Shown: positions 21,105 to 31,936 of the stretch, piece after piece
Layout: each line of letters starts with the position of its first letter
Position numbering within the stretch: the first letter of the stretch is position 1
Source: Methanocaldococcus jannaschii DSM 2661
GTDB taxonomy: Archaea; AGJL01; Methanococci; Methanococcales; Methanocaldococcaceae
Assembly (NCBI RefSeq): GCF_000091665.1
Contig: NC_000909.1
Location: 1,434,118-1,466,117 of the forward strand
DNA: 32,000 nt
Direction of reading: 5' to 3'
The notes under the pieces: model-generated
Seen by the model: only the letters and a program-made list of their open reading frames with translations
What the model was told of the DNA's origin: nothing
Databases searched by the model: none
Made by a program: the position numbers and the translations under genes

Positions 21105-22529
21105 ATGGGAATCTGTAGATTAACAAAAAAAGACATTGAAGGAATTTTACATATTTTAGGGGGGATTATACAAATTATTGGAATATTTACATTAGTTCCA
21201 TGTATAGTGTCAGTTTATTACAATGAAAACACCTTTTTAAATTTTTTAATTCCAGGTTTATTTTTTTCTATTTTTGGATTTGTTTTAAAGAGAGCTACTA
21301 AACCAAAAAATTTAAAACTACATCATACCATGGTTGCCTCTGCATTGGCTTGGCTTATAGCTTCATTTATAGGGGCCATTCCTTTATATTTATCTATAGA
21401 TTATTTTTCTTATGTTGATGCAGTTTATGAAAGCATGTCTGCCTGGACAACAACTGGAATGACTCTTATTCCTAATGTTGAGGTTTTACCAAAATCTATT
21501 TTATTTTGGAGGAGTTTTCAGCAGTGGATTGGTGGAGTTGGAATATTGGTTTTATCAGCTCTTGTCTTAGCAAGGTCTGGAACTGTTGCTTATCTTTTAT
21601 ATACATCTGAGGCGAGACAAGAGAGGATAATGCCAAGTGCTATAGGAACAATAAAAACTATTATCTGGATTTATATTTTATACACTATTTTAGGGGTTCT
21701 TTTGTTATATTTATCTGGATTAAGTTTTTGGGATGCTTTAAATTTAACCATGACTGGAATATCTACTGGAGGAATGAGTATAAGCAATTATAGCTTTCCA
21801 TACAACGATTTTGCAAAAATTGTTATGATTGGCATAATGATGGTTGGAGGAGTTATGTCATTTTCAATACATCACAAATTACTAACGGGCAAGTATTTTA
21901 ATGACATTCAAACAAAGTATGCATTAATTGTTACTGCCTTTATTTCAATTATCATCTCAATAAAGGATAAAGTTCCAATAATAGATTCTCTCTTTACAGT
22001 AGTTTCAGCAATGACATCAACTGGATTCACAACTATAAATGTAGGTAATCTCTCATCCTTATCCCTATTTTTGATAATTTTTTTAATGCTAATTGGTGGA
22101 GGGGCAGGGACAACAACTGGAGGGGTTAAGATAATTAGATTTTTAGTTATACTGAAGGCACTTTTATATGAAATAAAAGAAATTATTTATCCAAAATCAG
22201 CAGTGATTCATGAACATCTTGATGATATGGACTTAAATTATAGAATAATTAGGGAAGCATTTGTTGTATTCTTTTTATACTGTTTATCTTCGTTCTTAAC
22301 AGCTTTAATATTTATAGCTTTAGGTTATAACCCTTACGATTCAATATTTGATGCTGTTTCTTTTACCTCAAATATAGGCATATCTTTAGGGGTAGTTACT
22401 TTAAAAACTCCAGTAATTGGAAAAATAGCTGGAATTATAGCAATGTGGATTGGTAGATTGGAAATTATCCCAGTGCTTGTTTTATTTGCTACTTTGTATT
22501 TTAAAACTCTGAGACTTTTAAAAAAATAA
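21105..22529 (+). CDS. TrkH/KtrB-type potassium uptake membrane subunit
   Basis: 474 aa; selectivity-filter-like repeats 'SAWTTTGMTLI', 'MTGISTGGMSI', 'SAMTSTGFTTI', 'VSFTSNIGISLG'; 'IGGGAGTTTGGVKIIR'. Confidence 0.9.
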   Translation: MGICRLTKKDIEGILHILGGIIQIIGIFTLVPCIVSVYYNENTFLNFLIPGLFFSIFGFVLKRATKPKNLKLHHTMVASALAWLIASFIGAIPLYLSIDYFSYVDAVYESMSAWTTTGMTLIPNVEVLPKSILFWRSFQQWIGGVGILVLSALVLARSGTVAYLLYTSEARQERIMPSAIGTIKTIIWIYILYTILGVLLLYLSGLSFWDALNLTMTGISTGGMSISNYSFPYNDFAKIVMIGIMMVGGVMSFSIHHKLLTGKYFNDIQTKYALIVTAFISIIISIKDKVPIIDSLFTVVSAMTSTGFTTINVGNLSSLSLFLIIFLMLIGGGAGTTTGGVKIIRFLVILKALLYEIKEIIYPKSAVIHEHLDDMDLNYRIIREAFVVFFLYCLSSFLTALIFIALGYNPYDSIFDAVSFTSNIGISLGVVTLKTPVIGKIAGIIAMWIGRLEIIPVLVLFATLYFKTLRLLKK

Positions 22530-22597
22530 ACTAAATGTTTAAGTCTAAATCTTCAAAAGATTTTTATTTTATATATGAATAGCTGACAAAACTGCTA

Positions 22598-22701
22598 ATC
22601 TCCATTCCGAAACGGTCTTATTTTAATAATAAATGACGTTGCAGTTGCATACAAGTTTTTAGTTAAATTATATTTCCATTCCGAAACGGTCTTATTTTAA
22701 T
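22598..22701 (-). repeat. Two leader-distal CRISPR repeats of a different repeat family, separated by a 44-bp spacer-like segment
   Basis: ATCTCCATTCCGAAACGGTCTTATTTTAAT (22598-22627) and ATTTCCATTCCGAAACGGTCTTATTTTAAT (22672-22701), differing at one base. Confidence 0.85.
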
Positions 22702-22731
22702 TATTTTAATTTTAATAAAATTTTTACAGAT

Positions 22732-22762
22732 AAAAATGGAGGAGATAAGTTTCCATCCTCCA
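22732..22762 (-). terminator. Terminator-like hairpin made from the last CRISPR repeat and trailer DNA
   Basis: Minus strand: TGGAGGA - TGGAAACTTATC - TCCTCCA - TTTTTA (arms 22756-22762 and 22737-22743, 7 bp perfect, followed by a T-run). Confidence 0.4.
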
Positions 22763-23218
22763 AGAGGTCTGATTTTAACTAAAGATGCACAAGGTTATCA
22801 ATTAGTAATAGTAAATGAAGATACTTCGTTTCCATCCTCCAAGAGGTCTGATTTTAACAAATGAATTTAGTTATGATTATCATAGCAGATTGTTTAACGT
22901 TTCCATCCTCCAAGAGGTCTGATTTTAACCGTTTAATGCTTATATTGCCGTGAAAGGTAAGAGCGGGCAGATTTCCATCCTCCAAGAGGTCTGATTTTAA
23001 CATTATTCATAATAACACCAGATGAAGCTGAAAAATTGATAAAACAGATTTCCATCCTCCAAGAGGTCTGATTTTAACAAAAATTTATATACTACCAATA
23101 CACTTATAATATACTTGTATTTCCATCCTCCAAGAGGTCTGATTTTAACACGAATTATTTAACAAAATATTTAGTAAAAGCATTTAAATTTCCATCCTCC
23201 AAGAGGTCTGATTTTAAC
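22750..23218 (-). CRISPR. CRISPR array: 7 identical 30-bp repeats, 6 spacers (49, 41, 42, 47, 41, 39 bp in + strand order)
   Basis: TTTCCATCCTCCAAGAGGTCTGATTTTAAC at 22750-22779, 22829-22858, 22900-22929, 22972-23001, 23049-23078, 23120-23149, 23189-23218. Repeat reads GTTAAAATCAGACC...GATGGAAA on the minus strand. No cas genes in the window. Confidence 0.97.
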
Positions 23219-23330
23219 AGGGCAATCATTCACAACATAATATATTTCATCACTCTTAATATTTAAGCTTTTCTATACCATATTTTTCTAAGGATAAATA
23301 ACCATCTTACAATATAAACCTTTTAGTATT
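23219..23330 (-). promoter_or_regulatory. Putative CRISPR leader and promoter, transcribed leftward
   Basis: AT-rich ORF-free DNA on the side expected from repeat polarity; minus-strand BRE/TATA-like AAAAGGTTTATATT at about 23311-23324. Confidence 0.5.
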
Positions 23331-23602
23331 TAAAATTTTATCTCTTTACTAAAACTAAGCATTTTTATCTCCTTAAATTCAAAAATTTAACTTATTAGTT
23401 AGAGAAATCTTATTTACTTACCTAATTAATCTCAATTTTTAAAAATCTAAATAATTTAATAAACTCAAATATTCTAAATAATCAAACCAGCAAACCCTTA
23501 GAAATTAAATAAAAAATTCTCAAATGAAGAAATAGATTTTATAAGCTAATTAAACATAGATTTAAATTTTTTCAACAAGACAAATATTATCTAAATATCC
23601 AA

Positions 23603-24784
23603 TCATTCAATTCTAACTGCATGAGCACATTTTTCAGCCAATTCCCTTGCCTTCTCTACAGAATCGGCATAAGCTAAAGCAACTCCCATTCTTCTACCAA
23701 CCTTTGCATTTGGCTTTCCAAACAATCTCAACTTAGTATTTGGAACTTTTAAAGCATCCTCTATATGATACTTTGGAGCATATTTATTTATCTCTGCCTT
23801 TATTACATGGCTTGCCCCTGGGTGAATAAGTTTTGTTGATACTGGCAAACCTAAAATAGCCCTAACATGAATTTCAAACTCACTCATTTCTTGAGTTATC
23901 ATTGTAACCATTCCTGTATCATGAGGTCTTGGTGAAACTTCACTAAATATAACCTCATCCCCTTTAACAAACAACTCAACACCAAAGATTCCATAACCAC
24001 CTAAAGCATCGGTAACCTTCTTAGCTATATCTTGAGCTTGTTCTTTTAATTCAGCAGACATATTATGAGGTTGCCAGCTTTCATGATAATCTCCATCTAT
24101 TTGGACATGACCTATTGGCTCACAAAACTTAGTTCCTTCAGCAGTTCTTGCGGTTAATAAGGTTATCTCATAATCAAAGTTTATAAATTCTTCAACAATA
24201 ACCCTATTTCCTATTCCTCTTGCTCCTTCTTTAGCTATCTTCCAAGCTTTCTCTATATCCTCTTCACTTCTAACTACACTCTGCCCCTTTCCAGATGAAG
24301 ACATAATTGGCTTAACTACACAAGGCAAGCCAAGTTTTTCTACGGCATCTCTCAACTCTTCTAAAGAATCTGCAAATTCATACTTAGCAGTTTTTAATCC
24401 TAATTTTTCAGCTGCCAATCTTCTTATTAACTCCCTATTCATAGTTATCTTTGTAGCTTCAGCTGTAGGAATAACAGTATAACCCATTTTTTCAGCATCT
24501 ATTAATGCATCTGTATTTATTGCTTCAATTTCAGGAACAATATAATCTGGCTCTTCCCTCTCAATAATTGCCATCAATGCATCGTAATCTTTCATATCAA
24601 TAACATAGCTCTTGTGAGCAACCTGCATAGCTGGGGCGTTTTGATACCTATCAACAGCTATACACTCAATTCCCAATCTCTGAGCTTCAATAACAACTTC
24701 TTTCCCTAACTCTCCACTTCCTAACAACAAAAATTTTATACTTCCTTTCAAAAGAGGTGTCCCAATTGCCATAAATTTCACCAA
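23603..24784 (-). CDS. purT: Formate-dependent phosphoribosylglycinamide formyltransferase (ATP-grasp)
   Basis: 393 aa; '[41 protein letters not shown]', '[19 protein letters not shown]', '[20 protein letters not shown]'. Confidence 0.96.
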   Translation of the reverse strand: MVKFMAIGTPLLKGSIKFLLLGSGELGKEVVIEAQRLGIECIAVDRYQNAPAMQVAHKSYVIDMKDYDALMAIIEREEPDYIVPEIEAINTDALIDAEKMGYTVIPTAEATKITMNRELIRRLAAEKLGLKTAKYEFADSLEELRDAVEKLGLPCVVKPIMSSSGKGQSVVRSEEDIEKAWKIAKEGARGIGNRVIVEEFINFDYEITLLTARTAEGTKFCEPIGHVQIDGDYHESWQPHNMSAELKEQAQDIAKKVTDALGGYGIFGVELFVKGDEVIFSEVSPRPHDTGMVTMITQEMSEFEIHVRAILGLPVSTKLIHPGASHVIKAEINKYAPKYHIEDALKVPNTKLRLFGKPNAKVGRRMGVALAYADSVEKARELAEKCAHAVRIE

Positions 24785-24893
24785 AAAATTTTTAGCATTA
24801 AAATTTTATTCTATACTTTAGCTTTTAAAGGAATCATTAATATAGTTTTTTGTTAATTATCTCATTTGAGATAAATATTGTTTAGGGAGCAAT

Positions 24894-26174
24894 ATGGAAG
24901 AAAACACCGCTTTGGTAGTTTATTATACAAAACTACATAAAAACAGTTTCAATGCATTGATTGGAGCTTTAGAGATTGATGAATATTTTGATAACCTCCC
25001 AATATATTTTGCCAATAAAAAAGATATTTTTAATTTAAAGGAAGTTTTAAAAAAATATGACAAGGTTGTTATTGCCATATCTTTCTTTACAACTGAACTC
25101 TGGAAAACTTATGAATTAATTAATGAATTAAAAGCTAAATATCAAAGTTATAGGAATAAAATTATTTATTTAGCTGGAGGACCTCATCCAACAGGTGACC
25201 CAAAAGGAACGTTAAAATTGGGATTTGATGTTGTTTGCATTGGAGAGGGAGAAGAGACGTTTCCAGAATTTATAAAGGCGGTTAATGAAGATGAGGATTA
25301 TAAAAAAGTTAAAGGTATTGCCTATTTAAATGATAATGAATTTATTTACACTGGAAGAAGAAAACCTGTTGATTTAAATAAGTATCCACCATTTCCTGTA
25401 AAGCATAATAAATTTGGACATATAGAGATAACGAGAGGTTGTCCTTACAAATGCTATTTCTGTCAAACACCAAGAATCTTTGGAAAAAAGATAAGGCATA
25501 GGGATGTTGAAAATATATATAAATATGTTGAAATAATGGCTGAAAGGAATTTGAAAGATATAAGGTTTATAACTCCAAATGCCTTTGGCTATGGTTCTAA
25601 AGACGGAAAAACATTAAATATTGATAAAATTGAAAAACTATTAGAAAGTATTAGAGAAATTTTAGGTAATAATGGAAGGATATTTTTTGGAACATTTCCC
25701 TCTGAAGTTAGACCAGAGCATGTGAATATTGAGACGGTAGATTTAATTTTAAGATATGCTGATAATAAGAATTTAGTTATTGGTGCTCAATCTGGTAGTG
25801 AAAAAGTATTAGAACTATGCCATAGGGGACATACGGTTGAAGATGTCTATAACGCTGTAAGAGTAGCGAGAAAAGCTGGACTTGGAGTAGATGTAGATTT
25901 TATTTTTGGTTTGCCTGGAGAAACTGAGGAAGATGTAGAAAAGACAATAAAGGTTATGAAGGATTTAATAAAAATGGGTGCTAAAATACATGCTCATACT
26001 TTTATGCCTTTACCACAAACACCCTTTGCTAAGGCAAATCCTGGGAAAGTTGATAAAAAGATAATAAGAGCTATGAGGTATGAGATTCCTAAGGGTATAT
26101 TTCACGGAACATGGCATAATCAGGAAATAATTGCTCAAAAGATATCAAAATATTTAAAAACTGGGAAATTATAA
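24894..26174 (+). CDS. B12-binding-domain/radical SAM protein
   Basis: 426 aa; N-terminal '[11 protein letters not shown]...[11 protein letters not shown]'; [4Fe-4S] motif '[13 protein letters not shown]' (CxxxCxxC); '[14 protein letters not shown]'. Confidence 0.88.
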
Positions 26175-26192
26175 ACAAATAAGGGAGATATT

Positions 26193-27374
26193 ATGAGAAT
26201 TGGTATTGTTGGAGCCGGATTAGGTGGATTATTAGCTGGAGCATTGTTATCTAAGAATCATGAAGTTGTTGTATTTGAAAAACTTCCATTCTTAGGAGGG
26301 AGATTTACAAACTTGAAGTATGAGGGCTTTCAACTAACAACAGGAGCTTTACACATGATACCACACGGAAATGATGGCTATTTAGCCCAAGCTTTAAGAA
26401 AGGCTGGAGCTAATGTAAAAATAATAAACTCAAAACCAGATGGAACATTTTTAATTAATGGGAAGGAGTATTTATATAAAGAGCTGTTTTCACTCTTAGG
26501 TTTTAAAGAAAAGGCAAAAGCATTTAAATTAGCTACAAAATTAAAGTTGGGAAAAGTTGATAAAAATATCTCATTTGGAGAGTTTTTAGAAGAGATTGAT
26601 TTAGCTTTAAAGGTTGGAAATGCATTTACTGGATGGGCTTTGAGTTTAACAGCTTATGAAACACCTATGAGTGAAATTATAGAGATAGCTAAAAACTACC
26701 ACAAATTTGGAGGACCTGGAATACCAATAGGTGGATGTAAGGCAGTTACTGATGAACTTTCGAGGATTATTAAAAAGAACAATGGAAAAATTATTAAGGA
26801 ATATGAAGTTAAAAGGATTGAGATTGATGAAAAAGCTTATATTGATGACTATGAATTCGATGTTGTTATAAGCAACATCTCTCCAATTGAAACCCAGAAA
26901 ATATGCAATATAAAATTTTTGAAATCAAAGCCAAAGCCATCTAAAGGAATAAAGATAAGCATAGCCACAAAAGAAGGAATTATAAAACATGGTGGTGTTC
27001 TCTTTACCCCAGAATGTGAGAGGATAAACGGCTTAAACCAAGTAACTAATGTAGATAAATCCTTAGCTCCTGAAGGATGGCATTTAGTTATGACTCATCA
27101 AACACAGCTAACCAACAATGTAAAAAAGGAAATTGATTTGGGATTAGAGGATATTGAAAACCTCTTTAAAGGAAAAGACTACAAAATATTGCATATTCAG
27201 TCATATAGGGATGATTGGCCTGTAAATCATGCATCTAATGGAACTGATATTGACAATATTGTTAATGATAGATTTTATTTAGTTGGAGATGGAGCTAAAG
27301 GAAGGGGTGGAATTGAGGTTGAAGGAATAGCCATGGGAGTTTTAAAGGTTGTTAATTATATAAATAGTTTATAA
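26193..27374 (+). CDS. Phytoene desaturase/FAD-dependent oxidoreductase-like protein
   Basis: 393 aa; dinucleotide fold 'MRIGIVGAGLGGLLAGALLSKNHEVVVFEKLPFLGGRF'; 'GGPGIPIGGCKAVTDELSRII'; C-terminal 'FYLVGDGAKGRGGIEVEGIAMG'. Confidence 0.85.
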   Translation: MRIGIVGAGLGGLLAGALLSKNHEVVVFEKLPFLGGRFTNLKYEGFQLTTGALHMIPHGNDGYLAQALRKAGANVKIINSKPDGTFLINGKEYLYKELFSLLGFKEKAKAFKLATKLKLGKVDKNISFGEFLEEIDLALKVGNAFTGWALSLTAYETPMSEIIEIAKNYHKFGGPGIPIGGCKAVTDELSRIIKKNNGKIIKEYEVKRIEIDEKAYIDDYEFDVVISNISPIETQKICNIKFLKSKPKPSKGIKISIATKEGIIKHGGVLFTPECERINGLNQVTNVDKSLAPEGWHLVMTHQTQLTNNVKKEIDLGLEDIENLFKGKDYKILHIQSYRDDWPVNHASNGTDIDNIVNDRFYLVGDGAKGRGGIEVEGIAMGVLKVVNYINSL

Positions 27375-27499
27375 TAAATGACAGAATAGATAAATAGAAC
27401 AACTACTAAATAATATAATTAAGATTAAAAGCAAAATTTCAACTATTTTTCGTTTTAAAATTTCTCTAAAATTTGATTTCTTCGTATGGGGATGTAGAT

Positions 27500-29521
27500 A
27501 TGGAATTGAGAGATGAAGACTTAATTTTAGAGGAAGTTAGGGATTATTTAACTGCCTATTTAAGAAATATTCATCAGGAAGATATTATCTTAGACAATGA
27601 AAGAGTTGTAGTTGATTTAAATCAACTCTACAATTACGGATTAATGGAATTTGTAGAATTTTTAATAAATAATCCACAAAAAGGGATTGATTTTATAAAA
27701 GAGTGCTACAACGATGCTTATTACACCTTAAGAAATGAATATCCAACAAACGTAATAATTGCTGTAAAAAATCTCCCAAAAATTTTTAAAACTACAAGAA
27801 AAGGGAAAATTTTCACAATAGAGGATATTAGGAGCAAAACTTTAGGAAAATTAGTTGAATTTGAAGGAATCATTGTTATGGCATCAAAAATAAGACCAAT
27901 GCTTAAAAAAGCTTATTATATATGTCCAAAATGTGGAAGAGAAGTTGTTAGAGAAATAGATATCTTAAACACTGACTCTGAAAAAGCTGTTTGTGAATGT
28001 GGAGCTGAGTTAAACCTAATTGAGCATAAATCAATATATACTGACTTCCAAGAGATTAAAGTTCAACAGCCATTGGATTTAATGGAAAATCCTGAAGAGC
28101 CGCCAAAATACATAACTGTGTTCTTAGAAAACAGTCCTGGAATATATGCTGGAAGGGTGAAGATAACTGGCATCCCAATAAAAGTTAAGAAGAGTAAAAA
28201 GCTACCAATCTATGACATACATGTTAAAGCCCTACACTGTGAGGTTTTGGATGGGGAAGTAAAAATTAAATTAACAAATTCAGATATTGAAAATATTAAA
28301 AAAATAGCTAAAAGAAAAGATGTTGTTAATATACTTGCAGATAGATTAATTCCAGAGATTAAGGGGCATTCTGCAATAAAGAAGGCTGTCTTACTACAAC
28401 AGATAAAGGGAGTTAAAAAACCTGGAAAGAGGGCTGATATTCATATATTATTAATCACAGACCCAGGAATTGGAAAAACAGTCATACTAAGAAAGATTGC
28501 TGAAATCCCAGGAAATTTATACGGTTCTGTTACTACCGCCACTGGTGTTGGGCTAACTGCCGCTGTTGTTAGGGAGAAGACAGAGATTGGTGAAGATACA
28601 TGGGTTATTAAGCCAGGTTTGTTAGTTAAAGCCCACAAAGGAACTGCATGTATAGATGAGCTAACTGTTAATAAAGAACTGCAGAGCTATGTTTTGGAGG
28701 CTATGGAGAGTCAGACAATCCATATTAGTAAAGGAGGAATAAATGCAAAACTTCCAGCTGAATGTGCAATTTTAGCCGCTTGCAATCCAAGATGGGGAAG
28801 ATTCAACCCAGAGGTTTCTGTAGCTGAGCAGATAAATATTCCAGCCCCATTATTGAGTAGATTTGACCTAATATTTCCAATTAGAGATGTTTCTGATAAG
28901 GATAAGGATAAAGATATCGCTGAATACATTGTAGATTTGCATAGAGCATATTTAGATGAGAAAATAAACAGGGAGATGGGTTTAGATTACCTTGAGGTTG
29001 ATGGAGTTAAAATAGACAAGGAATTTATAATAAAATATATCTACTACGCAAGACAGAAAAAGCCGATAATTAGTGAAAAGGCTAAGGAATTATTTGTTAA
29101 TTATTATGTAGAGATGAGAAAAAAACATCAGATAACTGCAAGGCAGTTAGAGGCTGCTATAAGGATTGCTGAAGCTCATGCAAAGGCAAAGTTAAAGGAT
29201 GTTGTTGATGAGGAAGATGCAAAGGAGGCAATAAATATAATAACTGAATGCTTAAAAGAAATTGCCTATGACCCAGAGACTGGAATATTTGATGTTGATA
29301 AAATTTTAGGGGTGTCTAAGAAAGAGAGAGACAAATTAACAACCGTCTATGAGATAATTAAGGAGTTATCTGAAAAATCAGAACTTGTTGAACATGAAGA
29401 TATAGCTGAAGAAGCAAAAAAGAAAGGTATTAAAGAGGATGAGTTGGAAAATATTATTAAAAAATTAATTAAATATGGAGATATAGATGAACCAAAACCA
29501 GGGAGGTATAGATTGTTATAA
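27500..29521 (+). CDS. Divergent MCM-family AAA+ helicase paralog
   Basis: Listed ORF uses TTG 27473; ATG 27500 follows GGGGATG. N-terminal CPKC...CEC zinc region; 'LLITDPGIGKTVILRK'; 'GTACIDELTVNKE'; 'EAMESQTIHISKGGINAKLPAECAILAACNPRWGRF'; 'LLSRFDLIFPI'. Confidence 0.9.
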   Translation: MELRDEDLILEEVRDYLTAYLRNIHQEDIILDNERVVVDLNQLYNYGLMEFVEFLINNPQKGIDFIKECYNDAYYTLRNEYPTNVIIAVKNLPKIFKTTRKGKIFTIEDIRSKTLGKLVEFEGIIVMASKIRPMLKKAYYICPKCGREVVREIDILNTDSEKAVCECGAELNLIEHKSIYTDFQEIKVQQPLDLMENPEEPPKYITVFLENSPGIYAGRVKITGIPIKVKKSKKLPIYDIHVKALHCEVLDGEVKIKLTNSDIENIKKIAKRKDVVNILADRLIPEIKGHSAIKKAVLLQQIKGVKKPGKRADIHILLITDPGIGKTVILRKIAEIPGNLYGSVTTATGVGLTAAVVREKTEIGEDTWVIKPGLLVKAHKGTACIDELTVNKELQSYVLEAMESQTIHISKGGINAKLPAECAILAACNPRWGRFNPEVSVAEQINIPAPLLSRFDLIFPIRDVSDKDKDKDIAEYIVDLHRAYLDEKINREMGLDYLEVDGVKIDKEFIIKYIYYARQKKPIISEKAKELFVNYYVEMRKKHQITARQLEAAIRIAEAHAKAKLKDVVDEEDAKEAINIITECLKEIAYDPETGIFDVDKILGVSKKERDKLTTVYEIIKELSEKSELVEHEDIAEEAKKKGIKEDELENIIKKLIKYGDIDEPKPGRYRLL

Positions 29522-29633
29522 ATTTAATTCTAGTCAAAAAACCAATTGTGATGCTCATGAACGATAAAATAATATATTACATAGATAATGCAGTATCAAT
29601 AATAAAGCTAACTTTAATAACTTAATAACTTAT

Positions 29634-30053
29634 TTGCTTATAGCTATTGGTATAATGTTTCAGCCTCTGCAGTATCCTACTATTCCATGCATTATATTTA
29701 TGGTTATTGTTGGATTAGGTTTGTTGTTTGCTTTTCAATTCATATTGGGTTATGGTTTTGAAATGCATAGGCAAATAACAATAAAGGATAGAATAGCATT
29801 TCGTAACTATGTAGTTGGAAAAATATTTAATGTGTTAGTTGAACATAGCTATTATGGTCTATTACTAAGCACATTTAACTTATTTGTGTATAAAAAAGCC
29901 ATTACTATTAGATTATGCTTTATATTTGCCATTAGCATAGTTATATTTTGGATTTTAGGAGGTAAGCTAATTAAAAAAAGTTTGAAGTTATGTTTTAGCT
30001 GGTTTTACTTCTTTATTAACCCATCTATAAGTCATAAATGCAATAGCAAATAA
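29634..30053 (+). pseudogene. Multi-TM hypothetical protein, possibly 5'-frameshifted
   Basis: Listed 139-aa ORF has a TTG start; an upstream segment in another frame (from ATG 29551/29557) joins it in frame if one 8-bp AATAACTT unit is removed. May instead be an intact gene starting at TTG 29634 or ATG 29655. Confidence 0.4.
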
Positions 30054-30110
30054 TAAAAATAGATAAATTCCCATAGCTATATAAAATACTTCTGCATTTC
30101 CCAATTGCAT
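29988..30110 (-). CDS. Small single-TM protein, 40 aa (not in supplied ORF track)
   Basis: Minus-strand translation MQLGNAEVFYIAMGIYLFLLFAIAFMTYRWVNKEVKPAKT*; GAGG-containing purine run shortly upstream of the ATG; overlaps the 3' end of the convergent ORF. Confidence 0.6.
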   Translation of the reverse strand: MQLGNAEVFYIAMGIYLFLLFAIAFMTYRWVNKEVKPAKT

Positions 30111-30176
30111 AACTACCAGCCTCTAAACTCTTAAAGATGGTTAATATTTTTATTTAATACTTTTTATTTTTATTAG

Positions 30177-31478
<1,302 letters not shown>

Positions 31479-31552
31479 TAATATAAAAATAGAAAAATAT
31501 ATAAAATCAAAAAATAAAAATTTTAATGTAATTATAATTAAAAATAAACTCG

Positions 31553-31936
31553 GTGAAATATATGGTAAGTTTTGACCAGGAAAGAATGTTAAAACCAGCG
31601 GTAATTGGAGGAATTATAAACGGTATATTGGGGGCTATTTGTTGTTTGTGTTATGTTATTGGTGGTGCTGTTGCCGCTCATCTCTATGTTAATGCTGGAG
31701 GTATTTGCGATTATGAAAACTGTGGATTAGTTGGAGCAATATCCGGAGTTATAGGGGGAGTTATCGCTTCAATTCTAAGCTTTTTATTTATGTCTGCATA
31801 CCTATCAGCGCTTGGATTAAAAGCGGCGATGTTTACTGGGGCCTCATTCATTATTGGATTTATTACAGCAATCATCTTTGGAGCAATACTCGGGGCTGTT
31901 GGTGGAGTTATATATGTTGTTATAAAGAATAGATAA
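31553..31936 (+). CDS. Small glycine-rich membrane protein
   Basis: 127 aa; several Gly/Ala-rich hydrophobic segments 'AVIGGIINGILGAICCLCYVIGG', 'GLVGAISGVIGGVIASILSFLFM', 'FIIGFITAIIFGAILGAVGGVIYVV'. Confidence 0.65.
   Translation: MKYMVSFDQERMLKPAVIGGIINGILGAICCLCYVIGGAVAAHLYVNAGGICDYENCGLVGAISGVIGGVIASILSFLFMSAYLSALGLKAAMFTGASFIIGFITAIIFGAILGAVGGVIYVVIKNR

Noticed and set aside
22530-23602. Missing cas genes hidden near the CRISPR array
   Set aside because: No ORF in the intergenic region, and the flanking genes are a TrkH-type transporter and purT; the host must use cas genes elsewhere.
28441-28929. Minus-strand ORFs in the MCM gene (28441-28638, 28711-28929)
   Set aside because: Lie opposite the conserved AAA+ core motifs.
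29541-29572. Possible box C/D sRNA (GTGATGC...CATGAAC)
   Set aside because: No convincing C box (RTGATGA) and no CTGA D boxes at proper spacing.
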